A DNA stretch of 64,000 nt from Octopus bimaculoides (GCF_001194135.2 NC_068981.1:26703194-26767193); one strand, 5' to 3'. Shown: positions 1 through 12,929, counted from the stretch's first letter. Notes: generated by a model from the letters alone, not told the origin. Numbers and translations are program-made.

Positions 1-1008
1 TGTATATATATATATNNNNNNNNNNNNNNNNNNNNNNNNNNNNNNNNNNNNNNNNNNNNNNNNNNNNNNNNNNNNNNNNNNNNNNNNNNNNNNNNNNNNN
101 NNNNNNNNNNNNNNNNNNNNNNNNNNNNNNNNNNNNNNNNNNNNNNNNNNNNNNNNNNNNNNNNNNNNNNNNNNNNNNNNNNNNNNNNNNNNNNNNNNNN
201 NNNNNNNNNNNNNNNNNNNNNNNNNNNNNNNNNNNNNNNNNNNNNNNNNNNNNNNNNNNNNNNNNNNNNNNNNNNNNNNNNNNNNNNNNNNNNNNNNNNN
301 NNNNNNNNNNNNNNNNNNNNNNNNNNNNNNNNNNNNNNNNNNNNNNNNNNNNNNNNNNNNNNNNNNNNNNNNNNNNNNNNNNNNNNNNNNNNNNNNNNNN
401 NNNNNNNNNNNNNNNNNNNNNNNNNNNNNNNNNNNNNNNNNNNNNNNNNNNNNNNNNNNNNNNNNNNNNNNNNNNNNNNNNNNNNNNNNNNNNNNNNNNN
501 NNNNNNNNNNNNNNNNNNNNNNNNNNNNNNNNNNNNNNNNNNNNNNNNNNNNNNNNNNNNNNNNNNNNNNNNNNNNNNNNNNNNNNNNNNNNNNNNNNNN
601 NNNNNNNNNNNNNNNNNNNNNNNNNNNNNNNNNNNNNNNNNNNNNNNNNNNNNNNNNNNNNNNNNNNNNNNNNNNNNNNNNNNNNNNNNNNNNNNNNNNN
701 NNNNNNNNNNNNNNNNNNNNNNNNNNNNNNNNNNNNNNNNNNNNNNNNNNNNNNNNNNNNNNNNNNNNNNNNNNNNNNNNNNNNNNNNNNNNNNNNNNNN
801 NNNNNNNNNNNNNNNNNNNNNNNNNNNNNNNNNNNNNNNNNNNNNNNNNNNNNNNNNNNNNNNNNNNNNNNNNNNNNNNNNNNNNNNNNNNNNNNNNNNN
901 NNNNNNNNNNNNNNNNNNNNNNNNNNNNNNNNNNNNNNNNNNNNNNNNNNNNNNNNNNNNNNNNNNNNNNNNNNNNNNNNNNNNNNNNNNNNNNNNNNNN
1001 NNNNNNNN

Positions 1009-1046
<38 letters not shown>

Positions 1047-1480
1047 TGTATGGGTCTATAAGTTTTTATATGTGCATGTATATGTGTATGTTTGCATAAT
1101 ATGTGTAACGCGTGTGTAAATGTGTCCGTGTGTGTATTTATATGCATTGTAGTATATAATTTTATAAGAATGTTTGTACATTTGTATGCTTATATGTACG
1201 TTGGTAAGTACATATATATATATGTATGGAAGAATATATTATACGCTCAAACACACACACGCACGCACGCATTCAGATACATATATGTATGTATATATGT
1301 GTATATATATGTGTAAATATATATGTATAAATGTACATATGCTTATCTGTATGTATAGTTGCAAGAATATGTAAGTTATTGAACATGTATGTGTGTGTGC
1401 GTGCGCGAGCGTGTGTGCCAGTGTGTATGTGTATATGTGTGTGTGTGTGTGTTTGCGTGTGTAGTGTGTATGTGCGCGTA
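1009..1480. repeat. (TA)n and mixed (TG/TA)n microsatellite tract next to a gap
   Basis: Pure TA run 1009-1043 followed by TATG/TG-rich simple sequence; a further pure TA run lies at about 1727-1803. Confidence 0.95.
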
Positions 1481-1726
1481 GATACCTCTGTATGTCATTT
1501 CTACTTGGACTTGAATATATTGTTGGATTGTTTGGCCGTTAATTGATTAAGTTGTTCAAACCTGCAGGTCCATATTACCAATGATATTGTCTGTATTCTA
1601 TACACTTACTTTAGGGCAGTGAAATGGAAGATTCTTTTATTTCATTTTACAAACTTTGCAAGTAAACAAGTAAAGATATAGACAGACACGACAAACAAAC
1701 GGACAAGCATTCACAATGCTAGATAG

Positions 1727-1809
<83 letters not shown>

Positions 1810-2059
1810 GTTATATGTATGTGTGTATGTATGTACTAATATATGCATGTATGTGTGAATGTGTTTATGTGTTTGTGTGTATGAGTGCATATACATTCAA
1901 GGCAAGTATATATGAGACAGAGAGTTAGAGTGGGGGATGTAATGTCGACAGATAATTAAATAGATAGATATACACTGAGTCTTAAAGAGGTAAATAGTAA
2001 GATAGATATGTAAATTTAATAGAAAACTAACTAATCGTATAGATTGATATTTATATAGT

Positions 2060-2616
2060 TAAATAAGAGAATACTAAAAACAAAAACAAAAAAATGAAGA
2101 ATCTTAGGCAAAAAATAAATGAACTCGCAGGCTGAAAGGAAGAAATATAAAGAAGTAAACGTATTGAAATAAAAAAAATAAGAACTAGAAGACAAAAAGC
2201 CAAAATAATTTGGGAGAAATTCAAAGAAAAAAGACTAAATTTCGGTAGAGAGGTAAAGAAAGTGAAGGAGACTTCGAATGAAAACCAAAGAATGGATGTT
2301 TGAATTGCGAAGTTTATAAAATAAATTCAAATAAAATAAGAATATATATAAATAAAGATAATCAGGTTGAAATAAGGAAATATAAAATGTGAAAGCAGGT
2401 CGAAAACACGAAATGAACAGCAAGGGAAGAGAAAATGTGTGATAAAGACAGAATACGAAAAGAAATGGAATTTAGGATAAGATAAAGAGAAGAATAATAA
2501 GAATAGAGTAAAGCAAGAAAAGACTAAGAAGAAGAGAGATATTTATAAAAAAAGGAAGTTGCAATGAAGGTGATAGAGAACTCAGCAGAATATAGTTTTA
2601 AAAAAAGAAGAGAGAG

Positions 2617-2653
<37 letters not shown>

Positions 2654-2830
2654 AAGGGTAATAGAAAGAAAGAAAGAAAGAAAGAAAGGGAGAGAGAGAA
2701 AGAGATAGAAAGATAGAGAGAGAATACACAAATAGATTAACATGTACCAAACTAAAAAAAAAGACAAGATATAAACTAACGGTAAAAATAAAAAGAGAGG
2801 GGGTGGAGGTAAAGAGAGAAAGAGATGAAG
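2060..2830 (+). repeat. purine-rich (A/G) low-complexity tract including (GA)n and (GAAA)n
   Basis: Strong strand asymmetry; (GA)n at about 2607-2652 and (GAAA)n at about 2663-2686. Confidence 0.85.
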
Positions 2831-4158
2831 GTAGAATAATTTAAATAGAAAGACATCAACACCAAATAATAACTAAAAAAAAAAAAAGCAACAACATTAA
2901 TCGTAATAAAATAAAATAAAACTATTCGTCTGTGATCGAACTTATTGTCAACGAGTAACTTTACGCAAAGAAAGAGAGTGGGCATTTTGAAGACTTTTTC
3001 TATTACGGTCATGAAATGAGTGGAAACAAAATAAACTCAAGCACCAACATCATCATCATTATCATCACCATTACCACCACCAACATCATCATCATCATCA
3101 TCATCATCATTACCAATAACGTCGCGACCATAGCAATAGCAACATCACCAATGACAAAAAAAATAAAATAAATAAAAAGCAACATTATCGACACCATCAG
3201 AAATAACAACAAAGCATAAATGTATATAACACTACACAAATAGCTAAGACTTTCACAAACACGCAACACACATTTCAAAAACAAAGACGAAATTTACACA
3301 AAAGAAAAAAATTAAACAACACGGAAAGTAAAACTACAAAAGTGAATAATAGAAAAATAAATTAAGAAATCACGAATCTACTAGAACAAATATCGAATGG
3401 TAAATTGGAAAGTATTTTTATTATTGGTTTCATTTATTTATTTACTATTTATTTTGTTCTTGCTATTGTTGTTGCAGTCCTTGTTTTTACGCCCTAGCCT
3501 CTTCAGGTTTGGTTTTTAAAGTGTCTTTCCTTCTTAGCAGTGTTTATCATAAAAGAATTCGATACCAAATCTTAATACAGTATTTCCTTCATTCTAGTTT
3601 CTTCATCTTTCTGTTTTCCTTCTTACTTTTCATTTTTGTTTTATATTTCAGGTTTTCTTCATTACATTTCTCTACCCATTTAAAAAAACAAAAAAAAAAA
3701 AGCAAACAAAAATGCAAATGCTTTATCTTCATATGGGATTGCAAAAGTGAGAAACAAATGGTACTGAAAAACTACTTACATGTGTTCGCAAATGCTCAAG
3801 TATGTTAAATTTTTGTTTTCCGATTTTGCCGTCATTAAGTACAGGACAGAGGCTTAAATTTAGTTAGAAACTTGAAATGCTTCGTGTTCGATTCCTAATA
3901 CGAAACTTTCTGCGTTGTGTTTTCATTTGAACTGCTGCAAAACCATTCTTCGAAACATTCATTAAAGTTCTTGTAATTGAAAGAAACAGTTTTCATGGTC
4001 TGTCTTTGTAAATGTCTACTCAATAAGCTTCACAAATTATAGGAGAGCCGTGCACTATACGAGGAAAGGTCTGAATATTCCGAACTTACCTACTCTTAAG
4101 TGTAGCTAATGTTGAAAATTATATGTACATCTATCTGCACATATACAAATACACGTAT

Positions 4159-4670
4159 TCACACATCCACACATTTACGCGGGTCAATTTTTACAATTGA
4201 ATCAATCGATAGCTGTACTCTTCCTGCACTTGACATCAGATGTTCAACATAAACCCACACGTTCGTCACCTTTGAACACCGAACAATAGCGTGCGGTACG
4301 GTTTCCCTATCCTGCTCGCATCTGAGACAGGTCGAAGGGCCGTGGCCACTATGGCTTGTGAACTTGTCCCAACCGGTAAGGCTCGGCGGTAACACTGCCA
4401 TGCCAGAGACTTCTGAAAGTTGTCCAGGGTCTTCGGCCCGAATGTACGTTGGAACAGACTGGCTAGCTGATTATCGTTGAGACCTAGGGTTTCCCCTATG
4501 GTATCGTCACATTCCGCCGCTTCTAGCCCTCTATAAAAGAATGCGGTGGAACAACCACTGCAGACATTACCCGAGCAGGAGTGCCTTTCGACACTCCGTA
4601 AACCATGTACCCAACTTCGATCTACGATAGAACCAGGTTTCCCATCCACAGAAACTAGTGAATTTGGGAA
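4159..4670 (-). mobile_element. L1/Tx1-type non-LTR retrotransposon ORF2 C-terminal fragment (zf-RVT-like CCHC), frameshifted
   Basis: Minus-strand peptides LDNFQKSLAWQCYRRALPV, then after a frameshift CLRCEQDRETVPHAIVRC...VWVYVE, match the W..(L)..ALP...CxxC....ET..H....C pattern of L1/Tx1 ORF2. Confidence 0.8.
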
Positions 4671-7409
4671 ACATACACACATACACTTATATGTGTGCAT
4701 GAATATGGAGTGATAAGTTTGTTTCTGTTGTTGACTTGGAAAGAAAGATATAATAAATAGATATTCTATACGATGAAACACAGGTATCATCTAAATGTGT
4801 TCCTTGTTTCATCGCCAGAAAAATTGTTTTGAAATGTTAAACAATCTCTGTATTTGATTATATCAACTTCAGCATCATTCAATAAGCTATAACTAAAGTA
4901 AGGAAGCTCAGAATGGTATCTTTATTTAAAATGAAACAGCAACTATATAAAAAAGAAATAATAAATAAGTCGACTAAAGTACAACAGAATGCAAAAATAT
5001 GGGACTAAATACTGTATGCTATTTCGATGTTTTCATATAACTTTTATTTATCTTCCTATTGATCTTAAATATTTCAAATCGTATTAGAAAACACAGATAA
5101 TAATTTTTTCAAATCATATTGGTGATAAGAATAATTAATGTGATTTCGTTTCATGAACTGTTTTTGTTAATAAATCCAGCTTAAGAGATTAAAGCTGCCA
5201 ATCGCATTCAGATATCAGCTGGAGTCGATTTATTTTCTTTGTCTTCAGTGAAGCCACAATTGAAAATTCTACAACGCACAAGCATGTCGAAGATTGCTGG
5301 CTTCAGGAGTTGAACTGTTTTCTCACACTCGACGACCAGTATTTATTCATAAAGCTATTAAAAAAATTGAAGCAATAATTTCTGTTTAATTTTTACTTCC
5401 TGACGTATACATATCACTAGTCACTTGTACGAGTTGGTTTCCTTCATAGGAACGTCGAGGTTTATACTCACACACATACGCAGCCACACACACACACACG
5501 CAGACACACACACGCACGCACACGCACAAACACATAAGACAATCAGCACAAACAGAACACACGCACACAAACACACACATAAATATATTTACTTAACGCG
5601 GATATCTTCAGTAATTTCAAAGAAAATTTCCAAATTTTTAATTATTTATGTGGCAATATTGGTTTTACATGATTAAAATGTTCCCATTTAAACAATTAAA
5701 TTCATTCGAATCTTATGTTGTTATAAAAAAAAATGTATTTTGTAAATATAGTAATTTTTAGTGGGAACTATTTACCTATTATTCGTCATTCTATTATTAA
5801 AAAAATATTTAATGCGTATATGATCCATAAATCAAGCATTTAATTTATGCCCACCGTATTCAAACTTTGAAGTGAGAAAACTGCATATTTATTAATTGTC
5901 AAATGTGTATATACATAAATAGACAATCAAACGAACAATGATGAATTAAAGACTGCTTCCAGAAAGAAATCTCTGCCTCAGTCCCCCTTTTTTATTTAAT
6001 GTGCGATGACATTTCGATAATTTGACGCAATCCTTTAGAAACCTAGATTATTTATCTTTGCAAAATTGAATAAATTTGAATAATTAAACGATAATCAAAT
6101 TTTATAAATTATGATTATTCTACAGAACGAAAACAACTTTCCATCATTCGGACTCTGTTGATACTCAAAACTAACATCAGCCAAAAGAGTCTAAGCATAT
6201 TTGCCATTTATATTTCATTGTCTCATTATTTATTATTATTTTATTTATATTTATGATTACTTCCAATGATACTAACAGTTTCAGTGGAAATTTCGAACTA
6301 TAAGAATGGGTGGTCGTTGAGTTTAGAACTCCAGTTTCAACCAAAATGGTATCTCCGAGAATACAGATAGGAATCAATATTACTATTTTACCTTCGTTTA
6401 GTTGGTAGGGAAGTTTCATGCAATGACAGTGTATTGAGATGAATTAATTTTGGAGATATTTCGATGCAAATGAAAATGAAATCAACAATACTGGTGTGTA
6501 TAAAAAAAATATCTTGTGTAAATGGAATAAATAACTACTTGCAAGTCAGTTATCAATACTGATTTCTGTGTACATTATCAACAGCTTTAGTGAATTATCA
6601 ACAAGAAATTATAAAATGCGTATTGTTGATACTGTATTTGCTTTTAAATCNNNNNNNNNNNNNNNNNNNNNNNNNNNNNNNNNNNNNNNNNNNNNNNNNN
6701 NNNNNNNNNNNNNNNNNNNNNNNNNNNNNNNNNNNNNNNNNNNNNNNNNNNNNNNNNNNNNNNNNNNNNNNNNNNNNNNNNNNNNNNNNNNNNNNNNNNN
6801 NNNNNNNNNNNNNNNNNNNNNNNNNNNNNNNNNNNNNNNNNNNNNNNNNNNNNNNNNNNNNNNNNNNNNNNNNNNNNNNNNNNNNNNNNNNNNNNNNNNN
6901 NNNNNNNNNNNNNNNNNNNNNNNNNNNNNNNNNNNNNNNNNNNNNNNNNNNNNNNNNNNNNNNNNNNNNNNNNNNNNNNNNNNNNNNNNNNNNNNNNNNN
7001 NNNNNNNNNNNNNNNNNNNNNNNNNNNNNNNNNNNNNNNNNNNNNNNNNNNNNNNNNNNNNNNNNNNNNNNNNNNNNNNNNNNNNNNNNNNNNNNNNNNN
7101 NNNNNNNNNNNNNNNNNNNNNNNNNNNNNNNNNNNNNNNNNNNNNNNNNNNNNNNNNNNNNNNNNNNNNNNNNNNNNNNNNNNNNNNNNNNNNNNNNNNN
7201 NNNNNNNNNNNNNNNNNNNNNNNNNNNNNNNNNNNNNNNNNNNNNNNNNNNNNNNNNNNNNNNNNNNNNNNNNNNNNNNNNNNNNNNNNNNNNNNNNNNN
7301 NNNNNNNNNNNNNNNNNNNNNNNNNNNNNNNNNNNNNNNNNNNNNNNNNNNNNNNNNNNNNNNNNNNNNNNNNNNNNNNNATATATATATATATATATAT
7401 ATATATATA

Positions 7410-7566
7410 CGTTGAGCTTCTTTTAGTTTCCGTCTACCAAATTCACTCACAAGCATTTGTTCGGCCCGAGAGTATAGTAGAATACACTTGTCAAAAGTGC
7501 CATGCTATGGGACTGAACTCAGAACTGTGTGGTTAGCAAGCAAGCGACTTACCACAAAGCCACTAT
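7410..7566 (-). mobile_element. tRNA-derived SINE, 5' half (family A; CORE-like body)
   Basis: Minus strand: A-box-like TGGCTTTGTGG, B-box-like GAGTTCAGTCC, then TGGCACTTTTGACAAGTGTATTCTACTATA...GAATTTGGTAGACGGAAACT. Clearly homologous to 53485-53640. Confidence 0.85.
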
Positions 7567-8788
7567 ACACGCACACACACACATACACACACGCACACAG
7601 ATATGGCTCACATCAGATACGTTGGTACTTTTGAGTTTCGAGCGTAATACTAGTCGCCAGTCATTTTAAATTGGAAGGGGTGGCATGTGCAATTATATAG
7701 AACTATCTTACTGCTCCCCACGCCGACAACAACCTGACCGATTTCCTAATCGCTACGTGATCTATTTCCTGTCTTCCACGTGGTCAATTTCCTGTTCACC
7801 ATGCGGTATTTTCCAACTAACTGTTACCCATATACCAACACCAAACCACGACACCGTGTGACCTTCCTCGACCAGTCGCAGCCCCCCTTACGGTAATAAC
7901 AATCAACTTTTGTCAATCAAATTCAAAATGGCTGACGACTTCACGTTTGAAATTCAAGAGTTCCAACGAATTTGAATCAGACTGTTTTGATCCATACGTG
8001 TAACTCCAAATAAATTTGTTGGGNNNNNNNNNNNNNNNNNNNNNNNNNNNNNNNNNNNNNNNNNNNNNNNNNNNNNNNNNNNNNNNNNNNNNNNNNNNNN
8101 NNNNNNNNNNNNNNNNNNNNNNNNNNNNNNNNNNNNNNNNNNNNNNNNNNNNNNNNNNNNNNNNNNNNNNNNNNNNNNNNNNNNNNNNNNNNNNNNNNNN
8201 NNNNNNNNNNNNNNNNNNNNNNNNNNNNNNNNNNNNNNNNNNNNNNNNNNNNNNNNNNNNNNNNNNNNNNNNNNNNNNNNNNNNNNNNNNNNNNNNNNNN
8301 NNNNNNNNNNNNNNNNNNNNNNNNNNNNNNNNNNNNNNNNNNNNNNNNNNNNNNNNNNNNNNNNNNNNNNNNNNNNNNNNNNNNNNNNNNNNNNNNNNNN
8401 NNNNNNNNNNNNNNNNNNNNNNNNNNNNNNNNNNNNNNNNNNNNNNNNNNNNNNNNNNNNNNNNNNNNNNNNNNNNNNNNNNNNNNNNNNNNNNNNNNNN
8501 NNNNNNNNNNNNNNNNNNNNNNNNNNNNNNNNNNNNNNNNNNNNNNNNNNNNNNNNNNNNNNNNNNNNNNNNNNNNNNNNNNNNNNNNNNNNNNNNNNNN
8601 NNNNNNNNNNNNNNNNNNNNNNNNNNNNNNNNNNNNNNNNNNNNNNNNNNNNNNNNNNNNNNNNNNNNNNNNNNNNNNNNNNNNNNNNNNNNNNNNNNNN
8701 NNNNNNNNNNNNNNNNNNNNNNNNNNNNNNNNNNNNNNNNNNNNNNNNNNNNNNNNNNNNNNNNNNNNNNNNNNNNTGTGTGTGTGTG

Positions 8789-8823
<35 letters not shown>

Positions 8824-10110
8824 ATGTGTTTATTTGTGTGGGTGTATACATGCACATATAACAGTAACGCCTACAAAATGAAAATAGATTTGAGAATTAA
8901 AGAGACAACTTGTAAAGTTACTTGTAAAATTACTTGTGTCCTGTAGAATATATACTAATGATAGTAAAGGGACATAAGACCTGTCTGCCATTTATAATGT
9001 ATATACAAATGTAAAACAACACTAGTAGTCATATTTAGTTTCTCTGAAGTGGAATTGTTACAATCACCACTGCGTTATGAGGGAAATTGTATTTTAACAA
9101 ACATATTTTGTTAACTGAACATTTTTCTCTTTTCTTGAAAATGTTCCAAAGTCTATATTCATGTTAAATAATTTTATGCACGTTATTGAAGACCCAACAA
9201 AGTGTTGTTTTAAGAAAGAAAACTGACCTGTTAGCTGAAACGATGAAGGGTAAAAAATAGTAAATAATACAATGAACACAGTCATTGAAAATGTTTCACA
9301 ATCTTACTGTCAATATATTCACCAAACTTCGAAATCAATAAAAATCAGTTTGATATTTTTCTTACTTTTAATACTTTCCCAATTGGCACTGCCGATGTAC
9401 CAGAGACAGTGACCTAAATAATCATTAATGATCTGTTCAGTCTTAACACTCACTCATTCTATCTTACATTCGCACATACACAACTACGCACATACACATG
9501 CATACAACTATTTTTTTTTGTTTTGTAATATTATCCTCCTTTAATTTTGGCATTGTTTTTTTCTTATTCCCAAGATGTTAAAATCTTGAATTTGTTGCAG
9601 TCCATGTAGCTTTACTATTTTCTCCAATGTAATTTGCGTCTTGTAACTGATCAACTAAATAAATCTATATCCTGTTTGTACAATTAGCATCTGATGATGT
9701 ACACATCTGTTGTTCTTCCACCTTTGGCTTAACGTATTAACTATGTGAAAAGTAAGATCCAAAACTCCAGTTCACAAAATGCGGTTTCCAATTTTAGTTC
9801 TATGTAAACGAACGTATGCAAAGTTAGTGTTTGGCGCTATACCAGTATAACAATTACCAATGATACTCCATCCATACGATCCGCCATTTTGTTTATATAG
9901 GACTATATAATCTAATGTTTCTTACATGAAGATTGTCGATTATTCTTTGAAAATGGAGTGGCTGTTACTACTGTCATGTCGATTCAATATGTAGAAAGTT
10001 GTAAAAGAATATGCAACGGCAAATCTTGTCATCTACGCAAGAATACTCATGCGCACAAACACACACAAATACACACACATATATGCAGACACGCACACAC
10101 NNNNNNNNNN

Positions 10111-10503
10111 CCATACTACTGAGACAAGGGCACCAGACATGATTATAGAGGACAAAATAAACAAACAATGCAAGATCATTGATTTTTGCAATTGCTTATG
10201 ATAATAGAGTCGGCACCTAAGAAATGAAAAAAATTGAAAAATTCCACGATCTAAGAGGACTATAGAAGACCAAGACAACAATTTTTCCTGTAGTAATACG
10301 TGCACAGCATCTCAGATGCTACCTAAAAGAGGAAAAAAAAAAAGAAGACTGAAAGAAATTAGAATTTAAATTCGCATCGTTGACCTTCAGAAAAGTAGGA
10401 TCTTTTCTACAAAAGTCTTAAGAAAAATCTTTGGGATTTGAGGAAACTTGTTGTTACCCAACCTCAAAGAAAACACCTAACTAAATTAACATAAACTACC
10501 GAG
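10111..10503 (+). mobile_element. 3' end of an R4/Dong-type (RLE) non-LTR retrotransposon, ending in an (ATA)n array
   Basis: Broken frames read APDMIIEDK..CKIIDF-AIAYDNRVGT*EMKKIEKFHDL...IFPVVI and IVDLQKSRIFSTKVLRKIFGI*, the PD-(D/E)xK RLE domain and C-terminus. A short UTR and (ATA)37 follow. Confidence 0.75.
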
Positions 10504-10614
<111 letters not shown>

Positions 10615-10692
10615 TTAAAAAAAAAGGATTGACGTAACTCTTCACGAAGGTAAATAGTCAAGACGAAGAGTGCGATTTTACATGTTTTATTT

Positions 10693-10737
10693 TTTTAACA
10701 ATATTTCGACAGAACGTCTGTCTTTCTCAAGTTCAAA
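10693..10737 (-). ncRNA. mirror copy of the U3:A8 hammerhead-like motif with one stem I mismatch
   Basis: Identical to 10893-10937 on the opposite strand except GTTAAAA for GTTCAAA in the 3' strand of stem I. Confidence 0.55.
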
Positions 10738-10892
10738 CCCAAAGGTGATTGAAAATTCAAAATTTCAGAAACCAAACGTAAACTATGAACGAGAATAACC
10801 AGCGTCCATACGTTGATGGAATGACATCATCAGTTTTTGTCAGTTTTTGTCAGTTTGGTTTCTGAAATTTTGAATTTTCAATCACCTTTGGG

Positions 10893-10937
10893 TTTGAACT
10901 TGAGAAAGACAGACGTTCTGTCGAAATATTGTTCAAA
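10893..10937 (+). ncRNA. minimal type I hammerhead ribozyme-like motif with U3:A8 core
   Basis: Stem I TTTGAAC(10893-99)/GTTCAAA(10931-37); core TTGAGAA; extra A; stem II GACAGA/TCTGTC with loop CGT; GAAA; palindromic ATAT stem III; AUU triplet, predicted cut after 10930. Confidence 0.6.
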
Positions 10938-10968
10938 AAATAAAACATCTAAAATCGGACTCTTCGTC

Positions 10969-11000
<32 letters not shown>

Positions 11001-11001
<1 letters not shown>

Positions 11002-12030
11002 GTTAATATCAAAAGAAGAATTTTCCAAGTGCATTCGTTGTCCCCTTTGATAATTGTCGTATGTTTGATCCACTTCAGTTTAGTATTAAAGAAAGCAAAT
11101 GCAGGTTATCAGTTCAGAAATAGTAATGGAAAGATTAACCATTTTCTCTACAAGGTTGATCTGAAGCTTTTTAGTAAGAATAAAAATTAGATAGATTCCT
11201 TAATACATACTGTAAGACTCTTCAGCAACGATATAAGCATGGAATTTCGCATAGATAAGTGTGCAATTTTAATCATGAGAAAGGAACAGGTAGTCAACAA
11301 TTAAGGCATCCAATTACCAGATGGCCGGACATGAAAATCATTGAAAGGAGGAGAAAGTTATAAGTATCTAGGTGTATTAGAATCTGACAGAGTACTAACT
11401 ACAGAAACGAAAACAAAAATTGAGGAGTACATCAGAAATGTGAGGAAGTCAGTGAAGTCAAAGCTAAATTGTCCGAATCTAGTTAAGGTTGTAAATACTT
11501 GGGCAGTATCATTGCTTAGATACTCAGCAGCTTTTATAGAATGGACAAATACTGAATTAGCAAAGCTAGACAGAAGAGCTAGGAAGGAATTCAATATGAA
11601 TGGAGGACTCCAGCCAAGGACAGGAATAGCAAGATTATACCTGCATTGAAAGGAAAGCGGATGAGAGTTAATATTAGTAGAAGACTGCGTGGAATTAGCT
11701 AGAATAGATATAGACTTCTATGTAGGTAATAGTGAAGAAAGTTTATTAAAAGTTGCTAGAGTCACAACAGGAAACATGTAAACCAAAAACCCAAACGAAG
11801 TAAAAAAAAGAAACAAAACAGAAAAGAGAACAGAAATTATCTGACTGGCACGAGAAGGCGTTGCATGGTTGAATCCAAAAGATAGTTAAAACAAATAGTA
11901 GTGAGACATGGTTATGGTTGCCGAAAGGAAAGCTGAAGTGGGAGAGAGAAAATTTGTTAGTAGCTGCACAAAATAAAGCATTAATGACTAATTGGGTAAA
12001 AGCGAAGAAAGACAAAAATCAAGAAGCGGA
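11001..12030 (+). mobile_element. R4/Dong-type non-LTR reverse transcriptase fragment (pseudogenised), 5' end abutting (AAT)9
   Basis: RRIFQVHSLSPL (GIFQGDSLSPL motif), KINHFLYKVDLKLF (HLLYMDDLKL), MEFRIDKCA, YKYLGVLE, SKLN..N..K.VNTWAV.LLRYSA..I.W...EL.KLDR, RLYL, WHEKALHG, LK.E.E.LLVAAQ.KAL.TN. Stops and frameshifts are present. Confidence 0.9.
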
Positions 12031-12340
12031 TATTTATACAGAATAGTATATATATTTTACAGAATAGTATACACCATTCTGTAAAATATTCATTTCTTCA
12101 TCTTTAAATAGGAAACTGTATAAGAAAAAAATAGGCATAAAAAATAACGGTAAAGAAAGAAATAAAATGTTCCAATATGAAAGCAGCAAATCAGGCCAAT
12201 CAGGAAGTCCTTCAGCATCTGAATTACCCTTATGGCGAAGGGTATGTTCCCTCTCCATGTAGTACACTTCGGGCCACAGGTGCATTCTGAATGTATGTTC
12301 TTTCACATAGGCCTTTTCAACCAATCCCAAGAAATTTACA

Positions 12341-12665
12341 TTTATTATTTTTAATTTATGCGCCCTTTTAAAGCCTAGCCGGGTTCATGGGCCCAGTTTC
12401 CCGGTTTCTATGGCGTATGTGTCCCCCCTCCCCAGCTGGACGGGACGCCAATCCATCGCAGCGTTACTCAAGAAACAGGAAGAAAGAGTAAGAGAAAGTT
12501 GGGACAAAAGAGAAAAACAGGGGTTGCCACCACCCCCTGCCGGAGCCTCGTGGTGCTTTAGGTGTTTTCGCCCAATAACCACACACAGTGCCCGGTCTGA
12601 GAATCGAAACCGTGATCCTCCGACCGCGAGTCCGCTGCCCTAACTACTGGGCCATTTCGCTTCCA
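12341..12665 (-). mobile_element. full-length tRNA(Arg)-like SINE (family B) with 14-bp TSD
   Basis: Head TGGCCCAGTAGTTAGGGCAGCGGACTCGCGGTCGGAGGATCACGGTTTCGATTCTC, A-rich tail, TSD CCAAGAAATTTACA at 12327-12340 and 12666-12679. Paralogous to 28565-28859. Confidence 0.93.
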
Positions 12666-12929
12666 CCAAGAAATTTACAGGACAACAGTAATTTCCCCAC
12701 CACTTTAAACTTTCTTATTTAGTGGATCCTGAATAAGTTAATGAAGGTCTCACCGGTGTCAACTAAACATTATCTACCAGAAGATACTATTCAAACAGTG
12801 ATCATCTACAACCAGAATCGCTCATAAGCCACCGTCATTCGTCTTCAAATAACTTACTTTAAAACACGTGTTAATCAGCCAACCGCATTGTCGAACTTGT
12901 ATAGTACATTGACCGTCAATAAGCATACA

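Larger units (their letters stand above)
10660..10970. mobile_element. 118-bp inverted repeat (3 mismatches, 75-bp spacer); probable head-to-head Penelope-type pseudo-LTR pair
   Basis: 10660-10777 is the reverse complement of 10853-10970 except at 3 positions. Each arm carries a hammerhead-like motif. AAT arrays lie on both sides. Confidence 0.8.

Noticed and set aside
1485-1612. Minus-strand GTAAGT and GAG/GTATCT donor-like sites with a 48-nt putative intron
   Set aside because: All frames of the implied exon contain stops, and the intron would be implausibly short.
7625-7670. Minus-strand CTGGCGA...GCTC-GAAACTCAAAAGTA hammerhead-like string
   Set aside because: Invariant A6 is G, and stems I and II do not pair; too weak to call.
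12034-12330. 98-aa minus-strand ORF MGLVEKAYVKEH...
   Set aside because: No recognisable motif; it starts at a SINE TSD and degrades into low-complexity sequence.
12580-12665. tRNA-like A/B-box sequences here and at about 7500, 22480, 28800, 33420, 36040 and 53600
   Set aside because: No full cloverleaf or acceptor stem; each continues into a shared SINE body, so they are SINE heads and not tRNA genes.
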